A DNA stretch of 60,052 bases from Euryarchaeota archaeon UBA602 (GCA_002498455.1 DAHO01000045.1:7777-67828), one strand, 5' to 3'; numbered from the stretch's first letter, positions 38,853-47,774 are shown. Numbers and translations: made by a program. The notes: generated by a model from the sequence alone, not told the origin.

Positions 38853-39917
38853 ATGGAGGCGGAAGCAGATTCTAATCAGATACGCCTCGCGTGTATCGGT
38901 ACTGATGACGACTACACCCCTGTTCACATCAGGAAATGGATGGAAACCCGGCCGCTAGAGAACATCGATATGGACATTCAGTTTGAATCTGAATTGTCCA
39001 ATGGATTTTCGTTATTAGACAGCGGAGATGTTGACTTAATCGCAATTTCCGCACAAAAATGGTTTCAAAGCGAAAAACCAACAGGGTTGAAGGTTGCAAC
39101 CGCAATCCCCCGTCGAGATGAAAATCACATCTTGGTTGCATCCGAGGGATGGAAAGTCCCATACAAATCGATCATTCTTTCTGAAAATAAACTGCAAAGA
39201 AGGCAAATGCGTAGACATCGACCCGATTTGCGAGTGCTTGACCCATTGGCCTTTGCCGACATGACTAAACTCACTCCCAGCACCAATTCTCGGCTGGATT
39301 TCATATCTTGGATGGAAGATCTGCGTGCGAGCAAGATGATTGCTGGTTATGTGACCGAAAGACACCTATTCAACCTTGCAAAAATCGATGCGAGAAGGCA
39401 TGTTTTGCAAACCGACTCAAGAGATGGTGGAGCCCGCTTTATCCCCAGCCCACTGCAAGGACTAACTCTGCTAATATCTAGGGAAGGTTTTCCCAAAACT
39501 CTCTCAGATCAAATCGGTGATTCAGAATCACTGACTGCATGGACTTGCGAACGCATTATTCTCAACGAAATAAGTCCAGAACTCCACAATCGATTAGGGA
39601 TATTGGTCCGCCATCGGCAAATCCCTTCTTTGTTGAACCAAGCAGATGAGGAGAAAGATTTGCTGCGTTCGACTTCATTGTTGGATGGAGAAGGAGAGAT
39701 TATCGACAAGACTTCATTGGTCGAAATTCTGCTTGAAGTGGTTGGTAAAACTGGAGAAAAAACGCTATTGCTGGAGAAATTAGTCGCAATCGAAGATGCC
39801 ACCACCCATGCACGCTTGATGGTGGTAGAGTGGAATCGGATGCTCAAGTCCGTAACAATGGAACATCCTGAAGACATTCGCTTGGGCCCGGCCAGACCAC
39901 CATTCCTAGATTTGTGA
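38853..39917 (+). CDS. HemC (porphobilinogen deaminase)-like protein with a degenerate active site
   Basis: GDVDLIAIS, IPRRD, RRQMRRHRPDL, PSPLQG and CERIIL match the HemC scaffold; catalytic Asp and cofactor Cys not found. Confidence 0.6.
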   Translation: MEAEADSNQIRLACIGTDDDYTPVHIRKWMETRPLENIDMDIQFESELSNGFSLLDSGDVDLIAISAQKWFQSEKPTGLKVATAIPRRDENHILVASEGWKVPYKSIILSENKLQRRQMRRHRPDLRVLDPLAFADMTKLTPSTNSRLDFISWMEDLRASKMIAGYVTERHLFNLAKIDARRHVLQTDSRDGGARFIPSPLQGLTLLISREGFPKTLSDQIGDSESLTAWTCERIILNEISPELHNRLGILVRHRQIPSLLNQADEEKDLLRSTSLLDGEGEIIDKTSLVEILLEVVGKTGEKTLLLEKLVAIEDATTHARLMVVEWNRMLKSVTMEHPEDIRLGPARPPFLDL

Positions 39918-40014
39918 CGGCATTTTTTCTAGGGTCCCAAGACGGCCCTTAGGGCCGTGAATGAAGCGTAACATATACAGGGGCTTAGGAACGCAAACCC
40001 CGCGAGGGCAAACA

Positions 40015-41748
40015 ATGGTCGATGAAAACCTACTCACACGGTTGTATTCGGCGCGTTTAGATGAACTCCGAGACATGGCCATTTCTCACGACCTTTCAAA
40101 ATCTGGGAATGTGGAACAATTGCGAGCCCGACTCATCAATGAACTCGCTCTGGCTGACACAGATTTGTCTTGGGATTCGATACAAGAAATGCCCAACAAA
40201 GAATTGGGCGAAATGCTAGGTATCTTTGGTATCAAACGCTCAGGTTCAATCAAAGAGAAACGTCAGCGATTGTGGTTGCACTTGAACCATGACCCGAAGA
40301 AACTCAATCCTGAAACCATCGCGGAATCCACACGGGACCAATTGCATGAGTTGTGTAAATTCCTTGAGTTACCACGATCTGGAAGCAAACAGCAATTGTT
40401 TGCAAGAGTCGCCGGTGTTTTGGCTGCACATGACAACGGTTGGGGGAAGGTCAAGAAGAGTCTGCGTCGCGGTAAGACAACTCCTACCGTCCCAAGTCCG
40501 AAGCCTGCTCCCACAACTAAACCGGCCCCTGCACCGGCAATGCCTGAAGATGAAGCTGCTGAGCTGGCAGCGATGATTCAGGCATCCATTGATTCCGTTG
40601 ATGTGGATGAACTTACTGAAGTCCTAGATGAACCTGATGACCCTCCTCCCATTGAATACGAGGGTGTTATCGAGCCTGAAATCGTCGAGGCACCCCCCGT
40701 GGAATTAACGATCGACGAAGGGACTGGTTCAGCCGTCATCGACTTAGAGGCGCGTCTCGCTGAACTGCATAGTCACGTTCGCGAATTTTTGCTTATCAGC
40801 AGAGAGCATGATGCAAACGATGTCGCCGCATTTGTCGAAGATTTAGGCGAACAAGGATTCCAGGTTAGCCATGCTGTAGTTCGCAACCGAATCATGGATG
40901 AAATTACCCAAATGGCCAATCGGAGAGATGCTGAAACCGAAGCCAGTTCTCAAATCCCTGGCTCATGGAGAGAGCGGAAAGCACTACGGAGATTGGAAGA
41001 ATGCCGCCCAAGCCTACTCGACTCTTTAGAAGCCATTTTGGATTCTCATGAAGGTGATATCGCCTTGGCCAGGGTGCGATTTGAGGCTGAAGCTGCAGAA
41101 GCCGGCCTTGATCTCGATTTGCCGGGTATCAGTGGAAGGGTGCATGGATTGTTTGACTTGCAACTCAGCCTACGGGAGGCCGAGGAAAATACGGACCCTG
41201 TGACTGCACGTCGCCAGCGCGCCATGGAGATTCTATACCGTGGTTCACAGGACCTATCCGGCGATGCGATGCGAACATTGCAAAGATTTGAGGAACAAAT
41301 CGAGAACTTCGAGCGAATTGTCGAAACCTTGGTCCGCAGAGCAGAGGGACAATTTGGTCCGGTCGAACATGCATTATTGGTTCGCTTCTTGGAAAGACGC
41401 GGTTGGGATGTTGGGCACCCCGAGGTTCGCCCCCGGGCTATCGCTGCTGCGGGCGCTCTTGCGGCCGCCATGGGTTACATCAGCCCCGAAGAGGCACCTG
41501 GTCTTCCAACATCGATTTCACTAGACCCTGACAAGGTATCAGATGTGGTCGAATCATTACGTGGTTTACTCGTCGACATGGGGCGCAGTGCACCTACACC
41601 AGACAGTGTTGCACACGGACTTTCGGCAGAAGATGCTGGGCAGGCCGAAGAAATCAGTAGCATCGGGCGTGTCCGGGGTAAATTGGACCAAGCCGACGAT
41701 TTATTGAGTCGCCTTTCCCGAGGGAATGATGCTGAACCTGGAGAATAA
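40015..41748 (+). CDS. Protein with three tandem SAP-like DNA-binding motifs, a Pro/acidic linker and a helical C-terminal region
   Basis: ELRDMAISHDLSKSGNVEQLRARL; ELGEMLGIFGIKRSGSIKEKRQRL; QLHELCKFLELPRSGSKQQLFARV. Confidence 0.8.
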   Translation: MVDENLLTRLYSARLDELRDMAISHDLSKSGNVEQLRARLINELALADTDLSWDSIQEMPNKELGEMLGIFGIKRSGSIKEKRQRLWLHLNHDPKKLNPETIAESTRDQLHELCKFLELPRSGSKQQLFARVAGVLAAHDNGWGKVKKSLRRGKTTPTVPSPKPAPTTKPAPAPAMPEDEAAELAAMIQASIDSVDVDELTEVLDEPDDPPPIEYEGVIEPEIVEAPPVELTIDEGTGSAVIDLEARLAELHSHVREFLLISREHDANDVAAFVEDLGEQGFQVSHAVVRNRIMDEITQMANRRDAETEASSQIPGSWRERKALRRLEECRPSLLDSLEAILDSHEGDIALARVRFEAEAAEAGLDLDLPGISGRVHGLFDLQLSLREAEENTDPVTARRQRAMEILYRGSQDLSGDAMRTLQRFEEQIENFERIVETLVRRAEGQFGPVEHALLVRFLERRGWDVGHPEVRPRAIAAAGALAAAMGYISPEEAPGLPTSISLDPDKVSDVVESLRGLLVDMGRSAPTPDSVAHGLSAEDAGQAEEISSIGRVRGKLDQADDLLSRLSRGNDAEPGE

Positions 41749-41765
41749 TCATCCAGTGGGGTGAG

Positions 41766-41918
41766 ATGATTTCCGCAATATTGAGAGCGCTAATGGCTCG
41801 ATTCAGAGGAGAATGGGATGGAGTCAGTCCTGAGCTTCGTTTCTTGCTTTATTGTGAAATCGGGTTTTATTGTTTGTTAGCGATTGTTGTTTTCATTTGG
41901 CAACCCGGATTTCTCTAA
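41766..41918 (+). CDS. Small single-TM protein (50 aa), below the ORF-track cutoff
   Basis: SD GGGGTGA just upstream of ATG 41766; MISAILRALMARFRGEWDGVSPELRFLLYCEIGFYCLLAIVVFIWQPGFL; fills the gap. Confidence 0.6.
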   Translation: MISAILRALMARFRGEWDGVSPELRFLLYCEIGFYCLLAIVVFIWQPGFL

Positions 41919-41950
41919 ATGAATAGAACTGGTTCTATGCAACTGAGGTT

Positions 41951-43192
41951 TCAACGGTTTGACGAATAGTAGGACTGGAAGACCTTCGTAACCTGCTCGA
42001 TACCACGAATCCCTTGGGACTGGAGATCAAGCAAAATTTGTTCTCTCTGTTGAACGTGTGTTTCAAAGTCAGAGGGGCGGATTCCTGCTGAGGTACAAAG
42101 TGTCTCTCGGAATTTACTAGGGACCCCAGTTTCGACGATGGCATCGTGAGCAGGATCGTATTTCCAGATTGGATTTAGACGGGGTTTGTTACCTTCCATT
42201 CCCGAAATTTCAGCGACCTCGGTGATTCTTCGCAGGGTTTTACCACCACGGTGAACTCGACTCTGCATGAGGATTAAATCCAAGCCGGTGAGCATAATTG
42301 GTGGTACGTTCATTGGAGCACTGGTGAGACGTGTTACGGTTTCAGATGCTGTGTTGGAGTGAAGGCTTCCACAGGAACCATCGTGACCCGTGTTCATTGC
42401 CGTTAGGAGTGTTGCAGCTTCGGGCCCACGTACTTCGCCCACAATGATCCGATCAGGGCGCATTCGAAGACTAGATTTCAAACAATCATCCATGGATACT
42501 GTTGTGGTCCCATCAGGACGTTCTTGACGAGTTTCCATACGCAACCAGTGATCATGGTAAACCTGCAACTCGGCCGTATCCTCTACCGTCAGTAGACGCT
42601 TGTCCCATGGAATAAACATCCCAAGACAATTCAGAGTGGTGGTTTTTCCAGAACCAGTCCCACCTGCGATAACGAAATTTGCTGGACGTGCATTGAGGCC
42701 CTCAACCCAAACCCACATCATGGCGGCCAATCGACTGTTGATTGTACCCCAATTCATCAAATCAATAATAGTGATTGGATCCTCTCGAAATTTACGTATC
42801 GTAAGAGTCGGCCCATCAGGAGAAATAGGAGGAAGGGTTCCATTGACACGAGATCCATCGGGAAGGCGACCATCGAAAATTGGCACAAGACCGGGCCCAT
42901 TCCCAAGGGGTACATTGGTGAAGGCAGCAATATTCTTTGCAACTTGGATGCCTTCATCATCATTCATCCAAATGTTGGTTCGACAAATGCCGAAGTCACG
43001 ATGGGCGACCTTGACACATTGCTCACCACCATTGTACATGACTTCCTCAAGTTGGTCATCATCAAGCAATAGAGCCAATTCCCCATAGGCATTGTTTGGT
43101 GCCTGACCATCGTAATGATACATTGGACTGGGGTGTCCAGGCTCCATGTAAATCGTCACTGGACCGTATCGAGCAAGTACTTGTTCTGACAT
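41951..43192 (-). CDS. Type II/IV secretion (TadA/CpaF/VirB11) ATPase
   Basis: GRLPDGSRVN, TIRKF, GGTGSGKTT, EDTAEL, LRMRPDRIIVGEVRG, AMNTGHDG. Confidence 0.95.
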   Translation of the reverse strand: MSEQVLARYGPVTIYMEPGHPSPMYHYDGQAPNNAYGELALLLDDDQLEEVMYNGGEQCVKVAHRDFGICRTNIWMNDDEGIQVAKNIAAFTNVPLGNGPGLVPIFDGRLPDGSRVNGTLPPISPDGPTLTIRKFREDPITIIDLMNWGTINSRLAAMMWVWVEGLNARPANFVIAGGTGSGKTTTLNCLGMFIPWDKRLLTVEDTAELQVYHDHWLRMETRQERPDGTTTVSMDDCLKSSLRMRPDRIIVGEVRGPEAATLLTAMNTGHDGSCGSLHSNTASETVTRLTSAPMNVPPIMLTGLDLILMQSRVHRGGKTLRRITEVAEISGMEGNKPRLNPIWKYDPAHDAIVETGVPSKFRETLCTSAGIRPSDFETHVQQREQILLDLQSQGIRGIEQVTKVFQSYYSSNR

Positions 43193-43201
43193 TTTTTCAC
43201 C

Positions 43202-43948
43202 TCACGCCATTCCCGCTTGAATCGCTTCAAACAAACCGATGTACAACACGGCTGAGAGAGTAGACCAAAATGGAATCCACCACATCGCCTGCTTGGTTCG
43301 ACCGAGCATTCTTCCAGAAACAACGACACTGAGGGCGGCTGAAGCCATGAGGTAAGGGACCATCACTGCATGGATGTGCCCCCAATAAGCCCCGACTGCT
43401 GCAAGACCGAAAACGGCGAACATGAAACCCATGACGCCGGGGAGAAGCAAGCACATGAGCATCAACAGAAGCATGGATTGTCCAGACATCTCACTTTCAC
43501 GGGTGTTGATGAGTTTGTTTAGGCGGTCGTACTCAACAGACATTGAATTGGTAATTTCACTGAGAGGTGCATCCTGTTCGACAGCTGTTGACAACAAATT
43601 GACAACACGCTGAATCAAAACGCTGCGACTATTGATGGCATATTCTGCCAATGCTGCATCGAATGATGTAGAGCGAGAGCGATCTATCGCTTGAGCCAAT
43701 AGTTTTCCCGTTTCATCGGTTCGGGTTCGGGAAATATCTGTCAATGCCTGTTGCAATCCTAGACCTGCTCCAATACTCGATGAGATTGATTCTAAAACTT
43801 CAGGAAGGGCCTCCTCGAGTTGCCTTCTTCGACGACGTTCAAAGAATCCAGGGATGGCTCCTGCAAGACAGGGAAGTGTGATTGGAAGCATGAATACAAG
43901 GAATATACTCACCCCGAGTAATTCGTAAAAATCCCAGAGTAATTGCAT
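43202..43948 (-). CDS. Type II secretion F / TadC-like platform protein
   Basis: LEEALPEVLESISSSIGAGLGL..AL, three C-terminal TM helices. Confidence 0.85.
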   Translation of the reverse strand: MQLLWDFYELLGVSIFLVFMLPITLPCLAGAIPGFFERRRRRQLEEALPEVLESISSSIGAGLGLQQALTDISRTRTDETGKLLAQAIDRSRSTSFDAALAEYAINSRSVLIQRVVNLLSTAVEQDAPLSEITNSMSVEYDRLNKLINTRESEMSGQSMLLLMLMCLLLPGVMGFMFAVFGLAAVGAYWGHIHAVMVPYLMASAALSVVVSGRMLGRTKQAMWWIPFWSTLSAVLYIGLFEAIQAGMA

Positions 43949-44532
43949 CAAATTACCCCCGGGTCACTCGAGTGTGCACGATAACCAATGAGAATCATCA
44001 TTGCGACCGTCAAAAATAAGGCTGGGCCAAAGCAACTCGCTGCAGCAGCAAGGCTCGCCATTCCAGGAATTCCACTGGTCATCAATCCCGGTGCAATGAC
44101 TGGAATCATGGCTGCAATACCGAAAATAATTGGTGACAGCATTCCGAAAGTCAGCAAAATGGTCGGTAAACCAGAGAGTTTCTCGATATAGGCGCCGAGT
44201 TTGTCGTTTCGCTCTTCCTCTTCGCGTTCAGATTGTTGTTGAAGGGCGCGGAGCAAATCGGTGTCACTCGTAACATTGGTTCTCAAAGTGTTTAGAAATC
44301 TGGAGTAGGCCTTGCTTGAAGCATCTCGGCTTAACCGTGCGAGTTCCTGTTCCAATTGAGAACCCCGCTGGAGATTTGTAATGACCTCTTTGAAATCCCG
44401 TGAAATGACCCCATAACCGCCTCGTCCAATCATCTGTAGCGCAGATTCAATCCCAATTCCTGAACCAAGTAACACCATGACTGCCCGCATTGCATAGAGG
44501 AGATCTGCCGATTCCTCTTGATCTGTGGCCAC
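43948..44532 (-). CDS. Type II secretion F / TadB-like platform protein
   Basis: LGSGIGIESAL..GYGVISRDF, two C-terminal TM helices. Confidence 0.85.
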   Translation of the reverse strand: MATDQEESADLLYAMRAVMVLLGSGIGIESALQMIGRGGYGVISRDFKEVITNLQRGSQLEQELARLSRDASSKAYSRFLNTLRTNVTSDTDLLRALQQQSEREEEERNDKLGAYIEKLSGLPTILLTFGMLSPIIFGIAAMIPVIAPGLMTSGIPGMASLAAAASCFGPALFLTVAMMILIGYRAHSSDPGVI

Positions 44533-44903
44533 TAAATCACGTCCTCGATTAGCTCAAAGGAATAAGCACCATCATCTCCATCGTATTCTAGACGGTGGAA
44601 TGCAACTTTGATTTCGATTTCAGTGAAAGGGTCTAGAAGCCAGACTTCAGCGCTTCGAAAGATGTTCAATACTTCTCGATATCCTGCGATTCCAAGGTGT
44701 CCACGCATGGTGTAAACGGCCGACTCAGCACCCTCATCGACCAAGTCATCACCTTCGCCTCCACGCTTGACTTCGCGAGTGATGCGGCGACGAATGTTTA
44801 CTGAAATTTTGCAATTGTCAAACTGCAACCAGTCACCCTCAAATCCCCGAAGAAACACGGTACCTGCCTGTGCCAAAGTGACCCCTCGACCAGCCAACAC
44901 CAT
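44532..44903 (-). CDS. Hypothetical beta-rich protein, possible phage tail-tube/hub (DNA_circ_N/GpU-like) fold
   Basis: Stop overlaps the tadB start; RRITREVKRGGEGDDLVDEG..YTMRG..LLDPF..YSFELIE pattern; alternative TTG start at 44876. Confidence 0.6.
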   Translation of the reverse strand: MVLAGRGVTLAQAGTVFLRGFEGDWLQFDNCKISVNIRRRITREVKRGGEGDDLVDEGAESAVYTMRGHLGIAGYREVLNIFRSAEVWLLDPFTEIEIKVAFHRLEYDGDDGAYSFELIEDVI

Positions 44904-44932
44904 AGGATGGCCTTCAAACTAGCGGGAGAAAG

Positions 44933-44949
44933 CCGTCCCTATGGGACGG
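44933..44949 (-). terminator. Perfect 7-bp hairpin just after the RPA2 stop (terminator or palindromic site)
   Basis: CCGTCCC-TAT-GGGACGG, followed on the minus strand by CTTTCT. Confidence 0.45.
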
Positions 44950-44951
44950 AC

Positions 44952-45926
44952 CTACATCGGCTTGAACCAGCCAAATCGCGGCTCCATGATTTCACACTTG
45001 TCATCACGTAGGCCGTATATGGTGTCTTCAATGGCGTCCTCATCGGTGAATCCGCGTTGTGCGCAATGCTTCATGATCGAGTCATAATCGATGCCTTCTG
45101 CACCGGCATGTTGCGAAATGATCTCTAGAACTGTAGATTCAAGATCGCCCCCTGAAGACGTGACGGCCTCGGTAGAGGTTGTCGGTTCTTCGATTTGAGG
45201 TTCTGAGGCACTGTGGTTTGCACTATCTGTCTCCGACGCATCATGGGCCTCGTGTTCCTCAAAAGAAACTACACGTCCTTCAGCAGCACTCAGTGCTTGT
45301 AGGACGCCGACTTTGTAGCCTTCAGGATCCCACTCGCCGTAGTGATTCATGGCCAGTCCTAGGCCATCGATCAGATCCTTTGGGACACCTGCATCACGCA
45401 GACTGTTGGCGTCTGTTGATTCCGCGGACTGGGCTTTGCCTAATGCATCGATTCGTCGCATGGTATGATCGGCTGTTTCGACCAGCCAACCGGCATATGT
45501 ATCGCGATCGATAATTGCATAATCTTCCATTTGCATACGACACCGGAATCCACCGTCCTCGGTAGTATAGTGGTTGGATTTACCAATACAAGCCATCAAA
45601 AAGCGGTCTCCACCCTCAAATTTGGCCACCAATTCTTCCATCTCGATGTGCAACTCTGGGCGGAATGAACCGACACTCCACAGGTGCAATCCAGTAGGGT
45701 CACGTACAGCACCGCTGTACATAGGGCCACGCTCTGTGTCGCGCTTTTCAAGCCGCTCAATGACACCTGCGACATACATTCGGTTGACCTTTGCTCCCAG
45801 TTTAGTAACAACGAATCTTGGATCGTATTCACCTTGACCACCGTCGGGTAGACTGGACTCATAGAATTCACGCGCAAATAGACGAATGGCAGTTTGTCGA
45901 CGACCGCGAAGTTGATTGGTAATCAA
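44952..45926 (-). CDS. RPA32-like subunit (OB fold plus C-terminal winged helix)
   Basis: RRQTAIRLFARE, LGAKVNRMYVAGV, VRDPTG, C-terminal EPRFG wHTH; TTG start overlaps the RPA1 stop. Confidence 0.85.
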   Translation of the reverse strand: MITNQLRGRRQTAIRLFAREFYESSLPDGGQGEYDPRFVVTKLGAKVNRMYVAGVIERLEKRDTERGPMYSGAVRDPTGLHLWSVGSFRPELHIEMEELVAKFEGGDRFLMACIGKSNHYTTEDGGFRCRMQMEDYAIIDRDTYAGWLVETADHTMRRIDALGKAQSAESTDANSLRDAGVPKDLIDGLGLAMNHYGEWDPEGYKVGVLQALSAAEGRVVSFEEHEAHDASETDSANHSASEPQIEEPTTSTEAVTSSGGDLESTVLEIISQHAGAEGIDYDSIMKHCAQRGFTDEDAIEDTIYGLRDDKCEIMEPRFGWFKPM

Positions 45927-47638
45927 GCAAACACCCCCCACTGTTCACGAACTTTATTGGCAGTCTCAGCCAAATCGGATTCGGATGGTTTGAAGCTATC
46001 AGCCATCAACAAGGCACCTTGCCCATCAATCATTGCACGACCAGTAAAAGTGAATTTACGTCCAATCATCTTGCTCCTCAAATCGGCCAAGAATGACTCA
46101 CCTTTGTCCGATTTACATGCCGCCTTCACATCATCCATACTCATCTCCAAAAATTCTTCAGCGGATGTACGAGCCAGGATGATTGCACCATTTGAAATAC
46201 CGTCATCAAGGATTAGTCTTAATCTCAAATCTTCGATTCCAACTTGTGGGCCTTGTGAGTTGCACGCAGGATTCATGCAAGCACCATCACGCATCGCTCT
46301 TTTGCATTCAGGGCACCTTAGGATGATTCCAGAGCCCGTGGCCACGGAAATTACTGTTGCAGTGCTAGAGACTCCACTTCGTGAACCTCCACTCAGCAAC
46401 TCTGTAAAATCAACTTCAACCGCATGATCAGTTGCATCAATCGCATCCCAAGGAATTGTGTCAAGAATCTCCGCTTGATCAGCACGATCAACGGTCAAAT
46501 CAGGTGTACCTTGCCATGATCGAACTCTGACACCGTTAAGCTTCACCGCTACTGGTAATGAAGCGGAATCAATAGGCAACTCTGACCAAGATGTCAACCT
46601 GCAGCTACCCGATGGATCGACGGCATCGCCACCCCATACGGTCTTTTCAGAACCATCTTGGCCCGTGAAGCTCCGACTTGTCCATGAAGTAAGTTGGACG
46701 ATGATTGAGACATCTGCCGAGCCATCCCGTAGTTGGCCGATTTGTAGAACAGATGATGATTGTAGATCTTCCAAACTTGCAAATGCATTGTCGTGGTAGA
46801 CCTCGACCTTGGTACGATCGCCGATGTTTAACTCGGGGTTATCTCTGAATCTTCGGATGGCTGCACCTTCGATTCTAAGTAGTGTCCCTACAGGGTGGTC
46901 AAAGCTTCCGAAGCAGGCGAAACCGATGGTTCCGGTGCCATCCGCAAGACGTCCTTTCACCATGTCCAATGTACCACTTCCATCCTTTTTGTTCACAGTC
47001 ATCTCTCGCTTTGAGAGCACTCGAGCCACCACAGTTGCAAACCCGTCCATACCCAAAACACGCTCTATTGCAGTGGGTTCGGAAGGAGCTGGTACGACTT
47101 TTCTCTCGCTTCCTCGTAAGACTGCGACTCGGCTACTTTGATTCACATTCAGAGAGAATTTACCATTCCACTCATTGACTGATACTCCCTCAAGACGAAC
47201 CACACTACCGGGAGTTAGGCTCTCGGCATGATTGCCCCAGTCCTTGAAATCCCAGCGTGTACGTTCTCCACCGTCTTCCCATGGATTGTCTTCAATCCAT
47301 CCGAAAGCAATCTGCTTCTCTTCTCCGCGAACCATCTGCATACGTGGAACATAGGTGACGACCTCAACCTCAATGGTCACGTTGTTGTCATCCGAGGATA
47401 AGGCGGAAAAACGCTCAACGGATTTTGCAGCTGGTCGAGTGGACATTTTTGGTGCACCGACTTCCATTCCCGCCTCTTTCTGGAAATGTTCAATCACGCT
47501 ACGCAAGGCGTGCTTGGGAGGGACAAGGAACTCTTCTTTGTAGCGAGTAAATTCCTTGACAATTTCTGCTTCATCGGCTTCAGGTACGGCTTCTTTGACC
47601 GCACGGACTTCATTTTCAAACTCTTCTGGGTTAGACAT
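45923..47638 (-). CDS. rpa: Replication protein A large subunit (multiple OB folds, Zn finger)
   Basis: GRLADGTG, DPSGS, GSGIILRCPECKR..C, DLRLRLILDDG; SD GGAG before ATG 47638. Confidence 0.9.
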   Translation of the reverse strand: MSNPEEFENEVRAVKEAVPEADEAEIVKEFTRYKEEFLVPPKHALRSVIEHFQKEAGMEVGAPKMSTRPAAKSVERFSALSSDDNNVTIEVEVVTYVPRMQMVRGEEKQIAFGWIEDNPWEDGGERTRWDFKDWGNHAESLTPGSVVRLEGVSVNEWNGKFSLNVNQSSRVAVLRGSERKVVPAPSEPTAIERVLGMDGFATVVARVLSKREMTVNKKDGSGTLDMVKGRLADGTGTIGFACFGSFDHPVGTLLRIEGAAIRRFRDNPELNIGDRTKVEVYHDNAFASLEDLQSSSVLQIGQLRDGSADVSIIVQLTSWTSRSFTGQDGSEKTVWGGDAVDPSGSCRLTSWSELPIDSASLPVAVKLNGVRVRSWQGTPDLTVDRADQAEILDTIPWDAIDATDHAVEVDFTELLSGGSRSGVSSTATVISVATGSGIILRCPECKRAMRDGACMNPACNSQGPQVGIEDLRLRLILDDGISNGAIILARTSAEEFLEMSMDDVKAACKSDKGESFLADLRSKMIGRKFTFTGRAMIDGQGALLMADSFKPSESDLAETANKVREQWGVFA

Positions 47639-47653
47639 TTCGAGCAACTCCTG

Positions 47654-47774
47654 TGGAGGGTCAGCAAATGACCGCGTCCGCACGAGCATGTCCTGCTTGG
47701 GCCCAATTAGAGGCCGGGCAGAGAACAATGGTCGGTCGTGCAGTTTGGGGAAGACGCGGCACTCCATTACCTCC
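47654..47774 (-). ncRNA. Putative structured 5' leader RNA of the RPA operon
   Basis: Five nested complementary segments (see findings) between a TTCAAGAA box at about 47799-47806 and the SD of RPA. Confidence 0.5.

Noticed and set aside
41951..44532. Archaellum (arlI/arlJ) operon
   Set aside because: No archaellins or ArlH/F/G; two short platform genes and a CpaF-like ATPase fit a Tad/pilus-type module
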